From assembly GCA_023268675.1 (NCBI GenBank), contig JALQTV010000001.1:1-57596 (forward strand): a stretch of 57,596 nucleotides of DNA. The letters are read 5' to 3'. The stretch is from Saprospiraceae bacterium. GTDB lineage: Bacteria > Bacteroidota > Bacteroidia > Chitinophagales > Saprospiraceae. This document shows, one piece after another, positions 28,301 through 35,180 of this stretch (its first letter is position 1; every line of letters starts with the position of its first letter). The notes under the pieces are model-generated. The model made no database searches. It had not been told where the DNA came from and saw nothing but the letters and a program-made list of their open reading frames with translations. The translations under genes were made by a program, and so were the position numbers.

Positions 28301-30151
28301 AAAAATCTGACTTTCAATCCAGTCACGCGATGGTCTTTTGACGACAAGGTAATAGCAAATGGTACCCCGGCTTATAAAGGCTTGTTGTTGAGCGGAGATG
28401 CCTACAATGAAGTAGCGAAGGGCCATCTTGCGACAAAAGCGGGAGCTGAAATCAAGGTTCCGGCAGATCCGGGAGAGAAAATCACGGTGAGCTATTACTA
28501 CGCGGCAAACTTTAGCATAGATGGAGGGACAGCGGTCACCACAAACTCCCAAAGTACAAGTGTCGTAGAGAGTGTGGATTACATTTATCAAGGAGATGCA
28601 AGTGGCTATGTAACGCTTACGGCAGGTGGCGATGGGACCACTACCTATTTTACCGAAATCAGCCGCTCGCCTTATATTTCTTACGCGGCGACCTTAACGG
28701 TAGGTCCTGATAAGGATTACCAAAGCATCAATGCAGCTCTGGAAGCTGTGCGCAACATGGACAGGGCGGAAGGTGAGCGTGTGACTATTCTCATAGATCC
28801 TGGAAATTATGAAGAAATGCTGGTAATAGACAGACCCGATATCACCCTTAAAAATGCTGCGGTGGTGCCGGATATTGCCCTGCTCAACAAAGGAGTGGAT
28901 ATAGGTGCCGGAGCTGTGCGCATCACTTCCTATTATGGGCATGGTTATCATTATTATAGCATGAACAATCAAAAGTGGGATGCGGAGGTCTTGCGTGTAA
29001 ACAAAGAAAATGGCTACTATTCTTATGGAAACAAGGGAGCGGGTACTACCAATCAATCTTACTGGAATGCAACGGTAGTTGTTTTTGCCAACGGCTTCGA
29101 AGCTGACGATATCATCTTTGAAAATTCTTTTAACCAGTACATTTCTCAGAAAGAATCGGAAGACATCGTTGTGATGTGGGAAGTGGGTGGTAAGGGTATT
29201 CGCCCTACAGACTATGGCAATACAGCCGTGCAAGACCGTACTTATGTTGAGCGGGCTGCAGCGTTGGCAATTGCCAACAATGCAGACAAGGTCGTACTAA
29301 ACAGGTGCAGGGTAGTTGGACGCCAGGATTCCTTTTTTGGCGGATCCGGCGCCAGGGTTGTAGTGTACAAAGGAGCTCTGATGGGAGCTGTAGATTATAT
29401 CTTCGGAGCTATGACGGCAGTGATGTACAAAACGGATCTGGTGATGAATACCAGTGATGCAAGTAGCGATGCCGCTTACCTTACGGCTGCCCAGCAGAGC
29501 AGTGGTCGGGGCTATCTGATGTACGAATGCAGGGTTACCTCTACTGAGCCCGAAGTCGAAACTGCGTCTTTGTACCGCGCCAAACCTGGATATTTCGGAC
29601 GCCCCTGGCTGGCGGGCACCAGTGAAGTTGTTTTTTACAATACAACAGTAGAAACCAGCAATTACCCCGGGTATGAGGGCAAATCCCTCATTCAGCCCCT
29701 GGGCTGGCAAAACACGCTGGGGGGAGAATCTTCGGGTATGTATGAATTTGGTACTACAGAGGTTTCCGGCGAAGACAACAGCACTGCAAGGGCCTCCTGG
29801 GCAACCTTGCTGAGTGAAGCGGTGCTAGCGGACGGAACGGCCATCCTGCCTTTTAATTTTACCAAAGGCAACGATGACTGGGACCCCCTGCCGGTACTGA
29901 TTGAAAAAGACATAGTCTCCTCTTCACGAGCAATTCCACAAAATCATGTGAAGGTTTATTCGGCCAATGACCGCGTTTATCTTTCAAATATCGATAGCAA
30001 AACGCAGGTACAGGTATTCCAAATCAGCGGGCAGTTGTTGCGAGCTTTCCCTGTTTATGGAGAGTACGATTTTTCCCTTCCTGCGGGAATATGGGTTATC
30101 AAGGTTGACAACAAGGATGGCACCCGTGCTGTCAAGGTAATTACGTTTTAA
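25322..30151 (+). CDS. 1609-aa secreted multidomain protein with a CE8 pectinesterase domain and type A T9SS C-terminal sorting domain
   Basis: Signal peptide, then four related ~125-145-aa modules and three CarboxypepD_reg-like beta-sandwich segments. Pectinesterase motifs VGRQDSFFG, AVDYIFG and YFGRPW are present. The C-terminus VKVYSANDRVYLSNI...GIWVIKVDNKDGTRAVKVITF is a T9SS tail. Confidence 0.85.
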   Translation: MRKNLPILLLLLTLLSFYPVFGQEGTVVYDFRDGTVVSAGGSSDGTLTLSGNYGYHSTNYGLNMKVAGEIAIQVGGSCTVRFVGSKHSGLTMSGTAATEGDLGTQNTKVVNDLSDVFDFVYSGAAGTLTFKLLPGSGNDLYLPEISVIPAQAGAAVASPEKNIVYYFDLRDGSIIPTDTDGKSDLSVGLMEVLVGTSNAYGYNGTQHGSVLKTGNQIRLKVAGNTRIRVGGSIYSNGTITVSSETGNFDQLSQASATTGNFGNDGSTVDFLYAGEAGTVNLAFSGTNYIPYIELAPVPFEVVLTPFRQKAGSIRLNDTDIGITTGERTGEAAQITLSEGTVLHATDELASILINLGGKKPADFSPEFSGDIQSVQAAGDSLLITFSDSTSNPLGYILDIKDNSVQATAEAGKTYTYHFFDGSELPQISYQELRYPTFVSRDGILTINSNNADAALQFGYHDATHGGVFFPGNSFEFPVSGDAIVTFIVDTYGRATDAIFEIRDQAGNLLGTIAGQNIGGADGFPSNFAYEGPEGRLVATLLSESFPTAEIYIHGMSIENAPATEPSNGKTDVWDFGAEALDTLVYNNQLSVEAINAWYDPSIAVGSKGNVLPGSFSAGVLSWTGGGNDRLRTINTEITRYDENISSAPGYTGRIYVNSGANSGRYLSLALDEDDEVTLITKTDAGGTINFEYVADPETQKEQVPISSNLTELKFVAKAAGSYRIYDTQGKPSYYRIYRKDAQYIDLSGAIDLAAAPGIPADYGLVFTNDAGKQWMAAVNGSSYAIRLPAGNHFTVSLSDANGYIVASGENLELTDSTITHDLVLAKVELFTMSGAIEGLGSLLSSLQLSFDTDPSENRIYVPKAEIDSEGGTYSVSLESGVAYTISAEGVNDYFIPDATVTLAGADTVRNIVFEIKPLYAVDIQTSGLTDEAKAGLELTFSNLNEVGYVYTFLPGMDIMLRSGVYAISQSGVDEFPVELALTSNLTISDQPAAKNLTFNPVTRWSFDDKVIANGTPAYKGLLLSGDAYNEVAKGHLATKAGAEIKVPADPGEKITVSYYYAANFSIDGGTAVTTNSQSTSVVESVDYIYQGDASGYVTLTAGGDGTTTYFTEISRSPYISYAATLTVGPDKDYQSINAALEAVRNMDRAEGERVTILIDPGNYEEMLVIDRPDITLKNAAVVPDIALLNKGVDIGAGAVRITSYYGHGYHYYSMNNQKWDAEVLRVNKENGYYSYGNKGAGTTNQSYWNATVVVFANGFEADDIIFENSFNQYISQKESEDIVVMWEVGGKGIRPTDYGNTAVQDRTYVERAAALAIANNADKVVLNRCRVVGRQDSFFGGSGARVVVYKGALMGAVDYIFGAMTAVMYKTDLVMNTSDASSDAAYLTAAQQSSGRGYLMYECRVTSTEPEVETASLYRAKPGYFGRPWLAGTSEVVFYNTTVETSNYPGYEGKSLIQPLGWQNTLGGESSGMYEFGTTEVSGEDNSTARASWATLLSEAVLADGTAILPFNFTKGNDDWDPLPVLIEKDIVSSSRAIPQNHVKVYSANDRVYLSNIDSKTQVQVFQISGQLLRAFPVYGEYDFSLPAGIWVIKVDNKDGTRAVKVITF

Positions 30152-30166
30152 GTTAGATGATCTTTT

Positions 30167-30206
30167 GTTCCCGACTCTCATGAAAGGGAGTCGGGAACTT
30201 TTCCCC
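30167..30206 (+). terminator. Rho-independent terminator after the pectinesterase gene
   Basis: GTTCCCGACTC (30167-30177) pairs with GAGTCGGGAAC (30188-30198), followed by TTTTCCCCTCTTTT. Confidence 0.7.
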
Positions 30207-30274
30207 TCTTTTCTCTTCCAAATTACTTACTTTGGGTTTTCATGTCTCAACAATCCTAATCCCTTGCAGTGATT

Positions 30275-32641
30275 ATGCGGTATTTTCTTTCTCTGTTTTT
30301 TTATGGCTGGAGTATCTTTTTTTCTGGAGAAGCATCGGAAGGCAATCATCCGGAGGAGTCGAACTGTTCCGGATCTGATGTTTTTGTGATAGATCAGACC
30401 TTTGGAAGAGGATCGGTGGATCCCTGGATTTTCGGTTTTTCTTTTGGTTCCTCCTATGCAGAGGATCAGGAAGCACCTTTGGGTATTGGTTCTTTTGCAA
30501 TTACCCACGGAAGTGATTCCTGGAAGGTACCGGAAGAAAGCTGGCTGGATGTAGGAGATCAAAGTGGCATTTCTGATGCTTACATTTTGCTCATGCGCGG
30601 GGGACAGTCTCCCGGAGCGGTATGGGAAGTGCGCACAGGTGTCTGTCCGGAACAGGAGCACGAATTTTTGGTGGATGTCATCAACCTGGCTGATACTACA
30701 GGGGCGATGCTTCCGGCACCTGAATTGGATTTGCTGGTCAATGGAAGCACGGTGGGCAGTTTGGGAGCGATCCCTCAGGATGGTCGTTGGCATACCTATG
30801 CCTTTTCATTTTTTCCGCCTGCCGGCGAAAAGGAATTTACCCTTTCCCTTTTTAACCGTACGACGGGGATAGCGGGTAATGACTTTGCGCTGGACAATCT
30901 GTTGCTGCAATCCTGTGGACCGGTAGTGACGGTTGGTGAAACCACTCCGATGGCTCATTGCATAGGGGACAATTTTGAGTTATGGGTACAAACAGACAAT
31001 TTCTTTCCTGACCCTTATTACATTTGGGAAATTTCTGCCAATGAGGGGCTGGATTACCTCCCTTATGGCGATGTCACACGTGAAAATACCCTGCAGGTGA
31101 CAGACCTGCCCCCCAATGCACAGTTTCGCGTGGGCGTAGCCGCTTCTGAGGAAAGCCTGGGAGGAGGGTGCATTGCGTATTCGGATCCTGTGGTATTGGA
31201 ATACCAGCCGATTACTGTTTGCAGTGGGGATATCACAGCTTTGGGGGCACTTTGTGAGGGAGTATTGGGTGAAAACATCATTTTGGATGGAGATTTTGGC
31301 GCGGGAAGTGCCAATGTACTCACTCCGGATCCTCAATTCGCTCCGGGATATACCTATCAGGAAAGCCCTCCTCCCAACGATGGTTTTTATACCATCACCA
31401 ACAATACGACCAGTTGGGGAGATTTTGCCGTAGGCTGGCTCGATTTTGAAGACAACAGTCCGGATCCGGAGGGTTACATGATGGTAGTCAATGCCACCGC
31501 CGGACAGACAGGCTTGTTTTTTGAGCGCAGCGTCGAAGTTTGCGAAAACACGACCTATCAATTTGCCATAGACGTAATCAATGTGCAGCCTGCCGGCAAC
31601 AACTTCATCCTGCCCAATCTCGCTTTTCTGGTTAACGGACAGCCGGTTTATGCTACGGGCAGTGTTCCCGAAGACGAACAGTGGCATACCTATGGATTTA
31701 CCTTTACCGTGGCTCCGGGAGTTACGGAGTTGCAGCTGGCCTTGCGCAACAATGCTCCCGGTGGCATAGGCAATGACTTTGCCCTGGACAATATTTCTCT
31801 CAAACCCTGTGGCCCGGAACCTGTAGCCAGCTATGAGCCGGTTTGTTTGGGCAACCCTGTAATATTTGAAGCTAAGGTAGGGCTGGAGGGCTATTCCATT
31901 CAATGGATACAGAGTCTTGATGGAGGTCTGAACTGGTTGGTGTTGGAGGGGGAGACCGAAATGCTGCTTGAGCTTGTCGATCCTCTACCGGGTACGCAGA
32001 TTGCTTTTCGGGTAGCAAGTAGCGAAGCACAGCTGGAGTTGGCTTCCTGCAGGGTTCAGTCAGACCCGGTAACCCTTACTTTTTTGCCTCCGCAAGACAT
32101 ATTGATTATTCCTGCCGATCCCGGTGTTTTGCTTGCAGGAGAAAGTGTGCAACTGGGTGTGGAGTTGGATTTCAGCCCTGCATCAGTTTCCTGGACCCCT
32201 GCAGAAGGTTTGAGTTGTACCGATTGTCCTGACCCTATAGCGATGCCTGTGAGGACTACGGAATACAGCATAGATGTTCTTGACCAAAGCGGCTGCACTT
32301 CGACTGCGGCCATCACCCTTGTGGTAGAAGGCAAGCAAAGTGCCGTTTACATCCCCAACGTCTTTTCACCCAATGGCGACGGAGTCAACGATGGGTTTGC
32401 GATTTTGGGCAATGAACAGGTAGCGCAAATCGATCGCCTGCTGATCTTTGACCGTTGGGGAGGATTGGTATTTCAGAGGGGATTGCATTACCCCGGTGAT
32501 CCGGAAGGAATATGGGATGGAACGCAGGGAGGAAACCCCTGTAATCTGGGGGTATATGTCTATTTTGCGGAGCTCACTTATACCGATGGAACTTCCGGAA
32601 TATTTAAGGGGGAGGTGGTGTTGGTGAGTAGTAAACCGTGA
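30275..32641 (+). CDS. Secreted protein with two CBM-like modules and a gliding-motility-associated (type B T9SS, CHU_C) C-terminal domain
   Basis: The C-terminus VYIPNVFSPNGDGVNDGFAI...FDRWGGLVF is the CHU_C/type B sorting domain. Two internal ~190-aa repeats each end in GNDFALDN(L/I)xL(Q/K)xCGP. ATG at 30275; GTG at 30269 is also possible. Confidence 0.85.
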   Translation: MRYFLSLFFYGWSIFFSGEASEGNHPEESNCSGSDVFVIDQTFGRGSVDPWIFGFSFGSSYAEDQEAPLGIGSFAITHGSDSWKVPEESWLDVGDQSGISDAYILLMRGGQSPGAVWEVRTGVCPEQEHEFLVDVINLADTTGAMLPAPELDLLVNGSTVGSLGAIPQDGRWHTYAFSFFPPAGEKEFTLSLFNRTTGIAGNDFALDNLLLQSCGPVVTVGETTPMAHCIGDNFELWVQTDNFFPDPYYIWEISANEGLDYLPYGDVTRENTLQVTDLPPNAQFRVGVAASEESLGGGCIAYSDPVVLEYQPITVCSGDITALGALCEGVLGENIILDGDFGAGSANVLTPDPQFAPGYTYQESPPPNDGFYTITNNTTSWGDFAVGWLDFEDNSPDPEGYMMVVNATAGQTGLFFERSVEVCENTTYQFAIDVINVQPAGNNFILPNLAFLVNGQPVYATGSVPEDEQWHTYGFTFTVAPGVTELQLALRNNAPGGIGNDFALDNISLKPCGPEPVASYEPVCLGNPVIFEAKVGLEGYSIQWIQSLDGGLNWLVLEGETEMLLELVDPLPGTQIAFRVASSEAQLELASCRVQSDPVTLTFLPPQDILIIPADPGVLLAGESVQLGVELDFSPASVSWTPAEGLSCTDCPDPIAMPVRTTEYSIDVLDQSGCTSTAAITLVVEGKQSAVYIPNVFSPNGDGVNDGFAILGNEQVAQIDRLLIFDRWGGLVFQRGLHYPGDPEGIWDGTQGGNPCNLGVYVYFAELTYTDGTSGIFKGEVVLVSSKP

Positions 32642-32657
32642 ACTGCTCACGGTTTAC
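32631..32657. terminator. 11-bp hairpin between convergent genes (CHU_C protein / glyQS)
   Basis: GTAAACCGTGA-ACTGC-TCACGGTTTAC overlaps the TGA stop at 32639-32641. It is nested inside a second possible helix, 32623-32631 with 32664-32672. Confidence 0.5.
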
Positions 32658-32678
32658 GGTTCACTGCTCACCGTTTTC

Positions 32679-34235
32679 CTACAACGCTCTCAACAAGTTG
32701 TTCATATCTACCTTGTCTCTGATGATGCCTTCCAGTGCACTGATGGGCACTCTTTCCTGCACCAGAGTATCGCGATCCCGGATGGTAACAGTATCATCTT
32801 CGAGGGTATCAAAGTCTATGGTGACACAGTAAGGGGTGCCGATGGCATCTTGTCGTCGGTAGCGACGGCCGATGGCATCTTTTTCGTCGTATTGGCATTG
32901 GAAAGAGAATTTGAGGCGGTCAAAAACTTCTCTTGCCTTTTGTGTGAGTTCTTCTTTGTTTTTTAGCAGCGGAAGAATGGCACATTTTACCGGAGCAATA
33001 GCAGGATGTAGTTTCATTACCGTTCTGGTAGAATCCTTGCCCTCGGCATCGGGTACAGTTTCTTCCTGAAGGGCTTGGCTCAAAGTTGCCAGGAACATGC
33101 GATCACAACCAATAGAAGTCTCAACTACATAAGGAATATAGCTTTTCTCTTCTTCGGGATCGAAGTATTGCATTTTTTTGCCAGAGAAAGCCTCGTGGCT
33201 TTTCAGGTCAAAGTCTGTACGAGAGTGAATGCCCTCAAGTTCTTTGAAACCAAAAGGAAAATCAAATTGTATGTCAACAGCTGCATTGGCGTAGTGTGCC
33301 AGGTTGTCGTGGTCGTGGAACTGCAGTTTGTCCTCAGGAGTACCGAGTGCGCGGTGCCACTTCATGCGGAAATCTTTCCAAAATTCATACCATTGCATTT
33401 CCTCCCCTGGTTTGACAAAAAATTGCATTTCCATTTGTTCAAACTCCCGCATGCGGAAGATGAACTGGCGGGCAACGATTTCGTTACGGAATGCTTTTCC
33501 AACCTGAGCTATCCCAAAAGGAATTTTTTGTCGGGTAGTTTTTTGTACATTGAGGAAGTTGACAAATATACCCTGAGCCGTTTCCGGTCTGAGATACAAT
33601 TTGGATTCTTCCCCGGCAATGGTACCGAGTTGGGTGGAGAACATCAGGTTGAACTGTCGTACTTCGGTCCAGTTGCGGGAACCGCTTTCCGGGCAGGTGA
33701 TATCGAGATCAACAATCAGTTGTTTCAAGCCGTCCAGGTCACCATCGGTCATGGCAGTAGCCAGTCTTTCGGTTATTTCGGCAATTTGCTTGCTGTATTC
33801 CAGTACCCGGCCGTTGGTTTCAAGAAACTGAGCTTTGTCGAAGGCTTCACCAAAGCGCTTTTCAGCTTTCTTGACCTCTTTGTTTATCTTTTCCTGTATT
33901 TTTTGGATATGGTCTTCGACCAAAACGTCGGCACGGTAGCGTTTTTTGCTGTCTTTATTGTCGATCAAAGGGTCATTGAAAGCATCTACGTGTCCGGAAG
34001 CTTTCCATGTTTTGGGGTGCATAAAGATAGCAGCATCCAATCCTACTATGTTTTCGTGCAATTTGGTCATGGATTCCCACCAGTATCGTTTCAGGTTGTT
34101 TTTAAGTTCCACTCCATACGGGCCATAATCGTACACGGCGCTCAGGCCGTCATAGATTTCACTGGAGGGGTAAACAAAGCCATACTCTTTGCAATGGGCT
34201 ACTATCTTTTTGAATTGTTCAGCTTGTTGCGACAT
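32679..34235 (-). CDS. glyQS: Glycine--tRNA ligase (homodimeric type)
   Basis: GFVYPSSEIYDG, YLRPETAQGIFVNF, GKAFRNEI and FGFKELEGIHSRTDFDL are class II GlyRS blocks; 518 aa. Confidence 0.95.
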   Translation of the reverse strand: MSQQAEQFKKIVAHCKEYGFVYPSSEIYDGLSAVYDYGPYGVELKNNLKRYWWESMTKLHENIVGLDAAIFMHPKTWKASGHVDAFNDPLIDNKDSKKRYRADVLVEDHIQKIQEKINKEVKKAEKRFGEAFDKAQFLETNGRVLEYSKQIAEITERLATAMTDGDLDGLKQLIVDLDITCPESGSRNWTEVRQFNLMFSTQLGTIAGEESKLYLRPETAQGIFVNFLNVQKTTRQKIPFGIAQVGKAFRNEIVARQFIFRMREFEQMEMQFFVKPGEEMQWYEFWKDFRMKWHRALGTPEDKLQFHDHDNLAHYANAAVDIQFDFPFGFKELEGIHSRTDFDLKSHEAFSGKKMQYFDPEEEKSYIPYVVETSIGCDRMFLATLSQALQEETVPDAEGKDSTRTVMKLHPAIAPVKCAILPLLKNKEELTQKAREVFDRLKFSFQCQYDEKDAIGRRYRRQDAIGTPYCVTIDFDTLEDDTVTIRDRDTLVQERVPISALEGIIRDKVDMNNLLRAL

Positions 34236-34371
34236 AACTTGAAATTAACTAGGTATCCTTGATTTGGCTGCAAAGATCGCAAAAATACTTTTGCCTTGCA
34301 TATTTATAAGGAATAAGCGCCTATCTTTTTGGTCAAGAGCAGCACAGGGTGAAAGATGAAGTTTAAGGAGT

Positions 34372-35013
34372 TCACACCAGAAAGGGGTTGGTTTTTCGTT
34401 CGTGGCCTATGGTAGTGGCAGGGCCATGACCGGGGTACACGACCACCTGATCTCCCAGGGTGAAAAACTCATTCCTGATGCTTTCCAATAATACATCCAT
34501 GTCTCCTCCGGGCAGATCTGTTCGACCCACGCTTCCATTGAACAACACATCTCCTGCTATCAGGATGTCTGAATTTTCACTAAAGAAGGACACACTGGCC
34601 GGAGAGTGGCCCGGTGTAAACAGGATGTCCAGTTTTGACTGCCCGAAGGCGATGGACTGCCCGGGTTGAAGCAACCGGGTGGGATTGGGAGAGGGTTTGG
34701 TATAAGGAATGCCATACATGCGACAGACTTCAGGTACAGCGTCCAGTACAGGGATCTCTCCCTCGTGAATGGCCAGCTCCAATTGGTAGGTTTCCGCTAC
34801 AAAAGCATTGCCAAAGACGTGATCCAGGTGGCAATGGGTATTGTACAGACCGACGGGTTTTAAATTCAGGCGGGAGATTTCCCGGACAAGATCTGCTTCT
34901 TCGGAAGTTTCCCAGCAACCGGGATCAATGATGATGCACTCGCCGGAGTCATCGTAGAGGATATAGGTGTTTTCCTGAAATGGATTGTACGTTTTACACA
35001 AAACCTGAATCAT
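34372..35013 (-). CDS. MBL-fold hydrolase (glyoxalase II-like)
   Basis: THCHLDHV (HxHxDH), TPGHSP and GDVLF..SVGRTDLPGG motifs. Start moved to the ATG at 35013 (MIQVLCKTYNPFQENTY). Confidence 0.85.
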   Translation of the reverse strand: MIQVLCKTYNPFQENTYILYDDSGECIIIDPGCWETSEEADLVREISRLNLKPVGLYNTHCHLDHVFGNAFVAETYQLELAIHEGEIPVLDAVPEVCRMYGIPYTKPSPNPTRLLQPGQSIAFGQSKLDILFTPGHSPASVSFFSENSDILIAGDVLFNGSVGRTDLPGGDMDVLLESIRNEFFTLGDQVVVYPGHGPATTIGHERKTNPFLV

Positions 35014-35180
35014 AAGTTGGATAAAATTTTTGGCCGCAAGGCCTAAACAAGGGTTAAAAAAGAGATATAATAGAATTTTTTTTTGAAAAAAATTATCTTG
35101 AAGGTACAAAACCTATCGCCGGGAAAGTGTTATAACAATATAGTTTTCTACTTCCGGTACGTGCTCCAAAAATAAAGGGT

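Noticed and set aside
30227-30793. 188-aa minus-strand ORF overlapping the start of the CHU_C gene
   Set aside because: Its translation is Arg/Cys/His-rich. It is antisense to a gene with a clear signal peptide and domain structure.
25322-32641. Polysaccharide utilisation locus (PUL) for pectin
   Set aside because: No SusC/SusD-like pair, hybrid two-component sensor or further CAZymes are in the window. Only a single CE8 domain is present.
33075-34262. 395-aa ORF on the plus strand
   Set aside because: It lies entirely antisense to the clearly conserved glyQS gene, has a low-complexity F/V/L-rich translation and no motifs. It is a shadow ORF.
35074-35094. AATTTTTTTTTGAAAAAAATT (T9/A7) tract as a phase-variation switch
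   Set aside because: It is intergenic, in the divergent promoter region between the MBL hydrolase gene and the 1184-aa gene. A/T tracts are common in these AT-rich promoters, and there is no evidence of slipped-strand variation from a single sequence.
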